Counted from the first letter of the stretch, positions 10,217-19,368 are shown. The stretch: 32,000 nt of DNA from Halomicronema hongdechloris C2206 (GCF_002075285.3 NZ_CP021983.2:2460001-2492000), one strand, 5' to 3'. Notes: generated by a model from the letters alone, not told the origin. Translations and numbers: made by a program.

Positions 10217-10352
10217 GAGGGAGAGATGGAAAACGGAGGACGGAGGACGGAAAGCAGGTAGCGTGGGTCGTTTTACTTAAGCGAGAGACGTTATGAATAG
10301 CCAGGGAAGGACCCACGGGGGAAAGAGAGGACTGAGGGCGGAGGAAAGTGAT

Positions 10353-10380
10353 GAGTTTTGAGTTTTGAGTTTTGAGTTCT
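10353..10380. repeat. Heptanucleotide tandem repeat (GAGTTTT x3 plus GAGTTCT)
   Basis: Read directly. A second heptamer run, ACGGAGG x2.5, lies at 10233-10250. Both are in the convergent spacer between the GH13-like gene and the ABC ATPase. Confidence 0.85.
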
Positions 10381-10553
10381 CCTGGTAATGATTGAATTCA
10401 ACCCTCAACAAGTCAATGGCCAAAGCTCCCTTTCCTGCCCATATCTGTCGTTTGCTTGTCAGGTAGCAAGAGCTCCTCTCGAGGTCCATGGCCACTGACC
10501 AGATGCCATATCAGGCCTTTAAGCACCCAATCCTATACCCTGTTCCCGAGGCG

Positions 10554-11324
10554 CTAACTTCCCCAACTGGGAGATTCACTGATATGACCATCTTCCAGGT
10601 AGGTGATGCGGTCGGCGATATCGGTGATGCGAGGGTCGTGGGTGATGATTAAGACCGTACAGCCTTGCTCCCGGGCCAAGGCATTCATCAGCTCTACGAC
10701 GGCGCGGCCAGTTTTGGAATCTAAGGCAGCGGTGGGTTCATCGGCCATGAGGATCTGGGGCTCGCCAGCCAAAGCCCGGGCAATGGCGACCCGTTGTTTT
10801 TGACCACCAGAGAGATCCTGGGGCAATCGCTGGCTGACGTCGGCAAGGTCTACCTGGGAGAGCAAGGTGCGGGCTCTAGCCGCAATGGCAGATTTAGGAT
10901 AATCCTTAATCTTCAGGGCCAGTTCGATATTCTCGGCGGCGGTGAGGGCGGGAAATAGATTGAAATCCTGAAAAACGAAGCCCAGGTGATGGCGGCGAAA
11001 CCGAGTTCGGTCTTGCCGTGACATTTGCGTGATCTTGTGCCCCAGCAACGCCACCTGGCCAGCTGTCGGGGTGAGAATGCCGGCCAGAATCGAGAGCAGG
11101 GTGGTTTTGCCAGACCCAGATGGCCCCATGAGCAGGCGAATTTCGCCCTGATTAACCGTCAGATCAACCCCTTTCAGGACCTTCACCTGACTCAGGCCAG
11201 AGCGAAACACCATCTGGATGTCGGTGGCTGCGATCGCAACTGGCCCCCATTCCGCCGAAGGCAGCCATGGCAATGGCCGTGATGATTCTGACACTGAACA
11301 GAACTCAACCATGGTTTTCCGCAC
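10554..11324 (-). CDS. ABC transporter ATP-binding protein (MacB/LolD/DevA type)
   Basis: It has Walker A GPSGSGKTT, the signature LSGGQKQRVAIARAL and Walker B ILMADEPTAALD. The listed start is GTG at 11324; an ATG at 11312 (MVEF...) is an alternative. Confidence 0.9.
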   Translation of the reverse strand: MRKTMVEFCSVSESSRPLPWLPSAEWGPVAIAATDIQMVFRSGLSQVKVLKGVDLTVNQGEIRLLMGPSGSGKTTLLSILAGILTPTAGQVALLGHKITQMSRQDRTRFRRHHLGFVFQDFNLFPALTAAENIELALKIKDYPKSAIAARARTLLSQVDLADVSQRLPQDLSGGQKQRVAIARALAGEPQILMADEPTAALDSKTGRAVVELMNALAREQGCTVLIITHDPRITDIADRITYLEDGHISESPSWGS

Positions 11325-11326
11325 CC

Positions 11327-12568
11327 CTAGGCTTTAAACACGCGACCCGGGTCCACCCGCATCACCTTCTGAATGGCAAAAGTAGCCGAGCCCAGACACA
11401 TCAATACCGTAATTCCCAGGACCCCTGTGGCTGAGACTGGGGTAATCCAGATCAAAATGCCCTGACTGGCTTGGGTCCAAACCCCTAGCCCCCAACAGAG
11501 GGCGACACCAGGTATATAGCCCAAGATCGCCATCCAGAGCGCCTGTTCTACGATGACCCCATAGATATCCCAGTCGGATGCCCCAATCGCCTTTAGGGTG
11601 GCAAACTCCTTCAGGTGCTCCGACACCGAGGTGTAGAGAATCTGAGCCACGATCACCATCCCCACCATGACCCCGACTACAGCGCCTAAGCTCAAGACGA
11701 AGCCGACTCCGGTGCGATCGCGCCAATAGGCTTGGGTGTCCTCTATGAGTTCTGCCCGGGTAAACGCTCGGGTCCCAGGTATAGCCTGTTCCAACCGCTG
11801 TTTTAAGGCTGACAGATCCTGGCCCGGGGCCGCCTCCACCAGGAGATAGGCAACGGGAGTATCGGCAGCTAGCTCCTGCGGTGGCGGCGGTGCCGCAGCG
11901 GTGGTCTGATCTCGCTGATAGGTATTGACACAATTGAGCCCCCCTGCTTCAAATTGGCAAGTCAGCTCAGAGGAATATCCCTCAGTGGTGTAAGCGCTGG
12001 CATTGGCCAAGGAGGCAAAGACAAATTTGCTTGACACCATCGATTGGGTATCCTCGGTAAATCCCACCACTCGTACCGGTAGGGAGCGAATTCGAGCACT
12101 ATCGCCCACAGATTCGATGCCAAAGCTACGCCGATTCACCCGATCGATGATAGCCGTGTAAGGCTGTTTCAGCGCCTGCAGGCCCTCTGACGTTACCATC
12201 CCTGGCCGAAATAAGCTGCCGTCGGGATCGAAGCCAAAAATACGCAAGGTGGTGAGTTCATTGCCGGGGGAAAACCAGCGGCCAGAGCCAATCAGCAGGG
12301 GTTCCACCTGCGCTGTTCCATCCACCTGACGAGCCTGACGGATCAGCAAATAGGGAAATGGTTCGGTCAGCTCAAAGTTGACCCAATTATCGGAGGCAAC
12401 CCAGACATCGGCCTGGGACTGCTGAATTAGCAGGGTGGTGGAGCGAGTAAACCCCTTCAAGACCCCAGTTTGAATCGTCACCAAACTGACCGCAAACAAA
12501 ATCCCTGCCTGGGCCACCAAAAACCGCGGCAGATCCTTCAATAAATTTTTACGGGCCAAGGAAATCAT
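11327..12568 (-). CDS. ABC transporter permease, FtsX/MacB-like (DevC-like) with periplasmic domain
   Basis: 413 aa. The layout is an N-terminal TM helix, a large extracytoplasmic domain and three C-terminal TM helices (FATLKAIGASDWDIYGVIVEQALWMAILGYIPGV). Its stop is 2 nt before the ATPase ORF, and its start overlaps the upstream GH3 stop (ATGA). Confidence 0.85.
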   Translation of the reverse strand: MISLARKNLLKDLPRFLVAQAGILFAVSLVTIQTGVLKGFTRSTTLLIQQSQADVWVASDNWVNFELTEPFPYLLIRQARQVDGTAQVEPLLIGSGRWFSPGNELTTLRIFGFDPDGSLFRPGMVTSEGLQALKQPYTAIIDRVNRRSFGIESVGDSARIRSLPVRVVGFTEDTQSMVSSKFVFASLANASAYTTEGYSSELTCQFEAGGLNCVNTYQRDQTTAAAPPPPQELAADTPVAYLLVEAAPGQDLSALKQRLEQAIPGTRAFTRAELIEDTQAYWRDRTGVGFVLSLGAVVGVMVGMVIVAQILYTSVSEHLKEFATLKAIGASDWDIYGVIVEQALWMAILGYIPGVALCWGLGVWTQASQGILIWITPVSATGVLGITVLMCLGSATFAIQKVMRVDPGRVFKA

Positions 12569-14274
12569 GCCGCTGAACTAGAGGAAAGGGGACAGTGAAT
12601 CTGCTGCAGGACAGACAGGCCTTCCAGTAGGGTCCGTTGCTCACTAATGTGAGGTAATTTCACCTGGGCATCGTCGGCCTGCCCAGGGGCCAAGCGTTGT
12701 CGTCGCAACTGGCGAAAACTTCCCGGTGACAGCAGGTTGAGCTGTGGCGGACGGATGTCGTGGGCCTGTCGCTTCAAGCCATAAGAAGGGTTAGCCCGTT
12801 GTAATTGCCGGTCAAACTCAACCAGCCAGGTCTCTAGGTTGATCTGACTCATTCCAGTCGGTCCAGGTGCCGACAGCTCCATATTCAATACATAGTAGGG
12901 AGCCAAAATATCGGATGACAGAGTGAGGCAAAAGTCTTCCACAGCTAAGGCATGCTGACGTTGCAAAGCAGCCATCACCTGAATCACATGCTCTTCAGTG
13001 GTTTTCTCAGAGATGGCCGATAGGGTACCACCGCGACGATAGCGGAAGGTGATCAGGGGCACGCCCTGTTGCCAGCCTACCACCTCGACAATATCGCCAA
13101 TGTCATAGCGATAGAAGCCTGAATAATTGGTGACTAGAAGCCGATATTGCTCTCCTAGAGTGAGTTCATGGGGGAGTAGGACCGTCTTGCTAGCGGTGTC
13201 ATCGACGGGAATGAATTCGAAAAAGTTACTCTCAATGGCCAGTAAGGCCCCGTCTGTATCGAAATCGCAACAGCCACCGAAGACCGCCTCCGACGCGGAG
13301 TAGGTGCCGCCAAAGACCGGGCAATCGCCGAAGTACTCAGGAAAGCGCTCCAGGTAAAAATCCGAGGGGCCACCCCGGGCTGTGGCCACAAAGGCCAGGT
13401 GGGGCCAGGCATGGCGAGGTAATAGGCGGCCTTCTGCCTGCAGACTCTCCCGGAGCTGGGCGGCTCGGTCTGGGGCCGGTGACAATTGCCGCCCTAGATG
13501 ACGGCGATAGCCGGGGTCGATGGGGAGACGAGGGCTGAGTTGTCCCCGAGCTAGATCGTCGAGTAGGGACTCGGCCTCCGTCTCGAGATAATGGCAGAGC
13601 CGCAGGGCCACGGCCGGAAAGATGGCGGCAATGATGCTCAGTCGAGGCTCAGCCAAGGCAAATAAGAGGCTGATGTAGGTGCGGCTAAAGCTATCGGCTA
13701 GCTGCAGGGTCTGGAAGGGTTGGGCGAATATCTGTCGGTGGAGTAACGGCGAGCTGGTGCGCAGTTGGTGGCTACTGATGTGGCCGTAGGGAATGCCGCC
13801 AGCGGTATGGCCCAGAGGGGTCGCCGCTGCCGTGAATAGCAGCTTATGTAGCTGTAGCTGCCGCCGCTGCGCCGCCGCGAAGCCGAATCCCATGGTGACC
13901 TGATTGGCATAGACTCGATGTCGATGCGATCGCACCGTCACAGGCACCAGCTTCTGCCGGCCAGTGGAGCCACTGCTGACGTTGATATACACTACTGGGT
14001 CCGGCGAGACCACATTGGTTTCGCCAGCGGCTGTACGCTCGAAATACTCAGCATAATCAGCGTAGGTGCCAATGGGCAGCCGTTGACGAAACTGCTCTAG
14101 GGTAGTCACGCTGGATAATCCCAGGGCCTGGCCCAGGGCTGTATCCTGATGAGTTGTCAGCAATCGCTGCAGAAACCGCTCTTGAATCGAGGCGGCTCGA
14201 GGGAGCTTGGCCAGAAAACGGCGTTGTCGCCAACGAGCTGCCATCGCAATTCCAGAGAGGAGGGGAGAGACCAT
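12565..14274 (-). CDS. GH3-family acyl-acid amido synthetase-like adenylating enzyme
   Basis: 569 aa. All three GH3/ANL motifs are visible: SSGSTGRQKLVPVT, GTYSASEAVFG and FYRYDIGDIVEVVGWQQGVPLITFRYRRG. Confidence 0.85.
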   Translation of the reverse strand: MVSPLLSGIAMAARWRQRRFLAKLPRAASIQERFLQRLLTTHQDTALGQALGLSSVTTLEQFRQRLPIGTYADYAEYFERTAAGETNVVSPDPVVYINVSSGSTGRQKLVPVTVRSHRHRVYANQVTMGFGFAAAQRRQLQLHKLLFTAAATPLGHTAGGIPYGHISSHQLRTSSPLLHRQIFAQPFQTLQLADSFSRTYISLLFALAEPRLSIIAAIFPAVALRLCHYLETEAESLLDDLARGQLSPRLPIDPGYRRHLGRQLSPAPDRAAQLRESLQAEGRLLPRHAWPHLAFVATARGGPSDFYLERFPEYFGDCPVFGGTYSASEAVFGGCCDFDTDGALLAIESNFFEFIPVDDTASKTVLLPHELTLGEQYRLLVTNYSGFYRYDIGDIVEVVGWQQGVPLITFRYRRGGTLSAISEKTTEEHVIQVMAALQRQHALAVEDFCLTLSSDILAPYYVLNMELSAPGPTGMSQINLETWLVEFDRQLQRANPSYGLKRQAHDIRPPQLNLLSPGSFRQLRRQRLAPGQADDAQVKLPHISEQRTLLEGLSVLQQIHCPLSSSSAA

Positions 14275-14536
14275 AAGGAACTACCGCTATCGAGGGCCCA
14301 GAGTTTGCGACTGAGGCCTGGAGCACAAGGCTGATCTAGAGCAACCCAGCACTCCACACCTGAAGTTGGTGTGATCCAGATACTTCTACAGATTTCTTTA
14401 CATCCGTAGATTCTCCAGAATAATAGATATTGTGCCGCTCAGGTAATCGAGGTCATGGTCGATCGGCCAAGGCTTTCCTCCTCTGTCGAGGCACCATCCA
14501 TAGCCCTGGGCCGCTACCATAAGAGCTCTCACAGTC

Positions 14537-15034
14537 ATGGGAAGATCCGTTATGCTCGCTGTTATTTGCTTTGTTGCCGCCTTTGCCCTGGCCAGTCTAG
14601 TAGAGTACTGGCTGCATCGGCTCATGCATGTATCGGCCCGCATCGGTGAGCGCCACCGCGATCACCATCGCCGTAACGAGGGCCAAGGAGTGCTATGGGA
14701 GTTTCGCGATTACGTTCAGGGTAGTCTGGTGGTAATGGTGATTCCCTTTTTCTTTTCCCTCGAGGCTGGACTGGGCTGGGCTAGTGGCGCCGTGGCCTAC
14801 GCAGCCTTTTCCGCCTATGCCCATCAGCTCCAACACGAAAACCCCCGCAAGTGTTTCTGGATGAAGATGCCGGTCCACTATGTACACCACAAATATGGCA
14901 TGTGGCACCACAACTTTGGCCTAGCCGTGGATTGGTGGGACCATATTTTCCGGACCTATAAACCGGTGGAATGGCCTGCCGCCGATGACTTGAACCAACC
15001 GGAGCGCTCCCGCTGGGCCCTGCGCTGGTGGTAA
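14537..15034 (+). CDS. Small membrane His-box protein, fatty acid hydroxylase/sterol desaturase superfamily-like
   Basis: 165 aa. It has hydrophobic N-terminal and central segments plus His clusters HRLMH, HRDHHRR, HQLQHE and HYVHHKYGMWHHNFG. Confidence 0.6.
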   Translation: MGRSVMLAVICFVAAFALASLVEYWLHRLMHVSARIGERHRDHHRRNEGQGVLWEFRDYVQGSLVVMVIPFFFSLEAGLGWASGAVAYAAFSAYAHQLQHENPRKCFWMKMPVHYVHHKYGMWHHNFGLAVDWWDHIFRTYKPVEWPAADDLNQPERSRWALRWW

Positions 15035-15089
15035 TGGCCCTTGGTAGCGACTCAGGGGTCTGTCGCACCCACCCGGTTCATGCCAAATA

Positions 15090-15113
15090 GGGACGCAACT
15101 GTCGTCGCGTCCC
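15090..15113. terminator. Possible bidirectional hairpin between convergent genes
   Basis: GGGACGC (15090-15096) pairs with GCGTCCC (15107-15113). There is no strong U-tract on either side. Confidence 0.3.
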
Positions 15114-15138
15114 CACCTTGGAATCAGAGGATTAGGAT

Positions 15139-15164
15139 TAATCTTGACTCGTAATCTTGACTCG
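15139..15164. repeat. Perfect 13-nt tandem duplication (TAATCTTGACTCG x2)
   Basis: Read directly. It lies just 3' of the DUF4278 gene stop. Confidence 0.9.
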
Positions 15165-15169
15165 TCTGG

Positions 15170-15631
15170 CTAGCTAGCAGCAGAGCGACTGCGGTCATAG
15201 GTGGCCCAGAAGCTGGGGTGCACCTTACCCTGGATATGGTTCCAGTATTGGCTGACATCAGCGGTCAGACCGATTTCATGAGCCAACCGACCCAGCATGG
15301 ATTGCTGCCGCCGCTTCACGGCGCGGTGATGATTTAGCATCGCCAGGCGGGCCCGGTCTTCTGCTTTGCTCAAGAAGGGTACAGGAGTCGCTTGCACGGC
15401 CGTGCTCACGGGAACCTGAGCCGGAGCCGGAGCCGCTGGTTCAGCGGATTGACCGACCCGATAGGCGGCACCGCGGTAAACCAGGTCTAGGGTAGGTTGT
15501 TGAACCGCTGCCTTCTTGACAGAGCGGAAACGAATGTCGACGCCCCGATACTTACCAATTTCATTGGTGTCTTTCACATCCACAGCGGGTGGATTGTAAT
15601 CGTAAGAAACGCCGCGATAGGTGAGTTTCAT
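15170..15631 (-). CDS. DUF4278-domain protein (cyanobacterial)
   Basis: The internal start MKLTYRGVSYDYNPP is the hallmark DUF4278 N-terminus. A GGAGG lies 7 nt upstream of the ATG at 15631. The ORF-track start at 15664 is probably an over-extension. Confidence 0.8.
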   Translation of the reverse strand: MKLTYRGVSYDYNPPAVDVKDTNEIGKYRGVDIRFRSVKKAAVQQPTLDLVYRGAAYRVGQSAEPAAPAPAQVPVSTAVQATPVPFLSKAEDRARLAMLNHHRAVKRRQQSMLGRLAHEIGLTADVSQYWNHIQGKVHPSFWATYDRSRSAAS

Positions 15632-15743
15632 GTTATCGCCTCCAGAAAGATCAATTAACGGCATTGATCCTATAGATATGAGGCGCGTTCCTTCGGGGGG
15701 ATCAACCCCTACTTCCGTCCCTCTAGGCTCAACCAGGATCCAA

Positions 15744-15769
15744 TCTTTCGAGCTAGTCTTTCGAGCTAG
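15744..15769. repeat. Perfect 13-nt tandem duplication (TCTTTCGAGCTAG x2)
   Basis: Read directly. It lies in the divergent spacer upstream of the DUF4278 gene. Confidence 0.9.
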
Positions 15770-16087
15770 AGAGATGAACGATTTACTTTCCTTCTGTATA
15801 ATACACTACGGTTTTTCGGTCTGACAAGGGCTATGTCAGGGATTCATGAAAATAAATCGGCTATTTTAGGGCCGCCGTGGTGCCTCGGGATGCCCAATTG
15901 CCTCCATTGAGGGGCATGGTCAGGGTAAGGCAATATCGCTATGATTTGGCTAGATATGTCGGCCAGCGCCCCGGTCCCGATCAGATTCTGAGTAGTGGTT
16001 GGGGGATGGACAATAGGCGCTAGCGAGAGAAACGACCTGTTGTGGTTGGGGGCTGGTCTGCTATGTCCATTCCATCAGGACAGTGCC

Positions 16088-16954
16088 ATGGTGGCCTTTG
16101 ATGTTCGCCGGTATCGCTATCACGTCTTGGGGATAGGGGGTGCGATCGCATCCTTACTAATCAGTCAAACCCCCACCTCAGCCATACCAGTGCGAGTCAA
16201 TCGCTGGCTGCAGGTGCGACAAGTTACTGGCAACGTCACTTATCTAGAGCGACGTCAAAGCCAACCGGCACGAGTAGGCCAGCGACTCACGGCCATTGGT
16301 GACGGCCTTCGCACCACCTCTAACTCCACGGCCCAACTGGAAGTTGACACCGGCATTGGCTTTATTGATGTGTTTGAGCGCACCGAACTGCGCATTCGGG
16401 CCCTGAGTGTGGCCCCTGACAATGGCCGCATCACTCACCTCACCCTAGAGCAGGGGCAAATTCGAGTGCGCACCCGCTCCTTCACCCATGAGGGCTCAGA
16501 ACTTGAAATCGAAACCCCAGCTGGGGTCAGTGGTGTGCGGGGGACTGAGTTTGGCCTCGGGGTACAACCCACCGGCCAAACCGGCACGGCCACCCAGGCA
16601 GGGGCCGTGGCAACCACTGCCCAGGACCAAACCGTGATGGTGCCAGGGGGCTTTCAAAACCTAATGGTGCCAGGGTCGCCACCGACAGCACCAGTGCCCT
16701 TGCGCAACGATACCAGCTTGGTGGTGCGGCGCAACTTCTTGATCGAGGGCAATGTCCGCTATGTGCAGCTGGTGGGGCAAGTCGATCCCGTCAACATTGT
16801 GTTGGTTGATGGGGAACAACAGACCGTCAGCGCGGTCGGAGAATTTCGTCTCACCCGCCCCGCCGCCACTCGTACAGCCTTGCAGATTCAAGTGATTACG
16901 CCCCTGGGACGGCAGCAGATCCATGAGGTCAGATTACTGGCGCCTGATACCTAA
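16088..16954 (+). CDS. FecR-domain protein with N-terminal signal/anchor
   Basis: ORF 15995..16954. The preferred start is the ATG at 16088 (MVAFDVRRYRYHVLGIGGAIASLLISQTPTSA). FecR-like beta-rich segments are ARVGQRLTAIGDGLRTTSNSTAQLEVD and GVRGTEFG. Confidence 0.7.
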   Translation: MVAFDVRRYRYHVLGIGGAIASLLISQTPTSAIPVRVNRWLQVRQVTGNVTYLERRQSQPARVGQRLTAIGDGLRTTSNSTAQLEVDTGIGFIDVFERTELRIRALSVAPDNGRITHLTLEQGQIRVRTRSFTHEGSELEIETPAGVSGVRGTEFGLGVQPTGQTGTATQAGAVATTAQDQTVMVPGGFQNLMVPGSPPTAPVPLRNDTSLVVRRNFLIEGNVRYVQLVGQVDPVNIVLVDGEQQTVSAVGEFRLTRPAATRTALQIQVITPLGRQQIHEVRLLAPDT

Positions 16955-17363
16955 AGCACTGCTGCAACAGCAAGATATGTGGAGAACTCAGCTACGAAAA
17001 CCAGGGAGTTTCTGAGGCAATACCAGAGGTTTTCGGTAAGGCCAAAATCCCTGGCCGCCGCCTATGACCCGCCCAATGCCAAAGGGTTAGGATATACCCA
17101 TCTGATTGACGATGCCAAGCGGGATGCCAACATTGCGGCGCGGTTGGAGCGACGGGTAGCTCAGGCATATGTCCCACTCAGTGTGAGCGCTGCCTGTAGT
17201 GCACTCACCCGGCTGAGAGCCTGAGTTTGGGATGAGCCTGTCTTGGTCATCTCTGCCTAGAACGGTATGACTGCTGCCTCAGTGGCAAGCGCCCCCGGAT
17301 GGATTTGATTCATTTAGAGTTAGGGTAAACCGCAAGTCCTAATCTAAATTCTCTCCCTAAAGA

Positions 17364-19328
17364 GTGCTGTCGCTGCCGATCAAGACTGCCCAGTTAACCA
17401 GGCTACTATCCGGACTAGTGGCAGCATCAGGGGTATTGATATTAGTGACTACAGGGGGACTGCAGCCCTTTACTCACCTCGAGTACCGGCTGCGGTTTCA
17501 GCTGCGGGGAGCCACGGCTTGGGACGATCGCATCAGCCTGATTGCCATCGATGAGGCCAGCCTAGCTGAGCTTGGGGCGTTTCCCTGGCCCCGCAGCCAC
17601 TATGCCGAGCTATTAGGGCGGCTACAGGCTGCGCCCCCGAGTGTGATTACCTTTAATCTGCTGTTTACCGACAGCGCCCCAGGGGATGGGCAGTTAGCTG
17701 CAGCCATGGCTCAGCATCAAGCCATCATCCTAGCGACAGCTTGGGACCAGGACGGTCAGCCTCTGGATCCTGTGTTTCCCTTAGCCGGGGCAGCTATGGG
17801 CAGTGGTCATATTTATCAGCCGCAAGCGCCCGATAGCCTGGTGCGCACCATTCTCCCCCAAATTCAGGGGCAGCCAGCCCTGGGTATTGCCACGGCCGAA
17901 GCCCTCTCGCTCACCGAGAGCATCGTAGCTCTCCCCCCTTTGGATCGTCCCCTACCGGTCAATTGGCCGGGGCCAGTGGATACTCTCTCGACGGTGTCTT
18001 TCGTTGATGTGCTGAAGGGTCGGGTCGAGGCGAGTCGCTTTCATGGCCAGATTGTACTCATCGGCGCTACGGCCACGGGCCTGGATCAACTATCAACGCC
18101 TTTTGATATCAATCCTCCAGCCAGCGGCGTGCACCTCCATGGGGCGGTTCTGGACAATATTCTGCAACAACGATGGTTGCAGCACCTGCAGGCCCCCTGG
18201 TGGCTGCTGCTTTGTCTCGGCCCCCTGCTGGGGCTAGGGCTAGGGCGGCCATGGCGACAGCAGCGGGTACTGCTGGGGGCGGGTACCTTGGCCTGGATCC
18301 TACTGGCCCGGGTACTCATGACCCATGGATGGTGGATTACGGTAGTCGAGCCGGTGCTACTGCTGGGCCTGACTGCCGTGACCTGTGGCATTAGCCAGGA
18401 GCTACGAGACGATCGCCGCATTCGACAGTATGTGGCATCGCTTTGGCACACCCATGCTCCGGCCCTATTGCTGTCCCCCCAGGAGTCTCGAGCCCCATCG
18501 ATAGCAGATTCGGCTAGTATTGAGCAGTTGGTGACCTTGGCAGACCAGCTGGGGCGATCCCAGGCCACCCAAGCGGCCATTGCTCGTAGCTTGCCCATGG
18601 GATTGCTGGCGGCGAATATCGACGGCACTGTATGGTTCTGCAATCCCTTGGCTAGCGCTTGGTTAGGGGTGACGACTGGGGAGACCGTCGCTTCTCGCCT
18701 AAAAACTTGGTTGACGGCGGCCCAGTGGCAGGCAGTTCGGCAGGGAGAGGACATTTCCCCCCAGGAGATCCAGGACGGTGACCGTTGGTTTGCCCTGTAC
18801 CTAGAGCCGTTGAGAATGGATGATAGCGCTTCGGCGGCGGGCCCCATGGGATTTGTGTTGCTGTTGGATGATATCTCCTATCGCAAGCAGATGGAACTGG
18901 ACCTGCGCACCCTCAACTATACCCTCGAGGAGCAGGTGCAGCAGCGAACCCGGCAGCTGGAGTCTTTAAATCGAGACTTGCGGCGGGAGGTCAATGAGCG
19001 CCAGCGCATTCAAGATCGCCTGGTCTATGAGGCTCACCACGATAGCCTGACCCAATTACCGAATCGCCGCTTGTTTCTCTGGCACCTGCAGCAACGAATC
19101 GTCGCTGGTGGTCAGGAGTTTGCCGTACTCTTCCTGGATTGCGATCGCTTTAAACTGGTCAATGATACCTTTGGCCACTGGATGGGGGATGAACTGCTCA
19201 AGGCAGTGGCTGCCGTGCTCTTAGGCTCTGTGCGGCCAACGGATAACGATGGCTCAGTTGCAGCTACTACAACAACTAGGCTGCCAATTTGGTCAAGGTT
19301 ATTTATTTACTCGTCCTCTGGCGGCTGA
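17364..19328 (+). CDS. CHASE2-TM-PAS-coiled coil sensor with a truncated GGDEF domain (disrupted GGDEF-EAL protein)
   Basis: It has a CHASE2-like N-terminus (ISLIAIDEASLAELGAFPWPRSHYAELL), TM helices and a PAS-like region. The GGDEF start is HDSLTQLPNRRLF...FLDCDRFKLVNDTFGHWMGDELL. The ORF then leaves homology at ...VRPTD, before any GGDEF/GGEEF signature, and ends in unrelated residues. Confidence 0.75.
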   Translation: MLSLPIKTAQLTRLLSGLVAASGVLILVTTGGLQPFTHLEYRLRFQLRGATAWDDRISLIAIDEASLAELGAFPWPRSHYAELLGRLQAAPPSVITFNLLFTDSAPGDGQLAAAMAQHQAIILATAWDQDGQPLDPVFPLAGAAMGSGHIYQPQAPDSLVRTILPQIQGQPALGIATAEALSLTESIVALPPLDRPLPVNWPGPVDTLSTVSFVDVLKGRVEASRFHGQIVLIGATATGLDQLSTPFDINPPASGVHLHGAVLDNILQQRWLQHLQAPWWLLLCLGPLLGLGLGRPWRQQRVLLGAGTLAWILLARVLMTHGWWITVVEPVLLLGLTAVTCGISQELRDDRRIRQYVASLWHTHAPALLLSPQESRAPSIADSASIEQLVTLADQLGRSQATQAAIARSLPMGLLAANIDGTVWFCNPLASAWLGVTTGETVASRLKTWLTAAQWQAVRQGEDISPQEIQDGDRWFALYLEPLRMDDSASAAGPMGFVLLLDDISYRKQMELDLRTLNYTLEEQVQQRTRQLESLNRDLRREVNERQRIQDRLVYEAHHDSLTQLPNRRLFLWHLQQRIVAGGQEFAVLFLDCDRFKLVNDTFGHWMGDELLKAVAAVLLGSVRPTDNDGSVAATTTTRLPIWSRLFIYSSSGG

Positions 19329-19368
19329 AGAGCTATCACAACTTTTACAACGCCAGCAGAATTGCTAG
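19249..19368 (+). pseudogene. Orphan C-terminal remnant of an EAL domain, in a different frame from the upstream sensor
   Basis: Manual translation in the +1 frame gives MAQLQLLQQLGCQFGQGYLFTRPLAAEELSQLLQRQQNC*. This is the typical end of an EAL domain (LGC..GQGYLF..P). Confidence 0.65.

Noticed and set aside
11334-11933. 199 aa minus-strand ORF overlapping the ABC permease in another frame
   Set aside because: It has Gly/Arg/Pro-rich off-frame composition. The permease frame has clear TM helices and the FtsX-like pattern.
18086-18847. 253 aa antisense ORF inside the CHASE2/PAS sensor
   Set aside because: It has Ser/Arg/Pro/Trp-rich composition typical of the reverse frame of a GC-rich gene, and no motifs.
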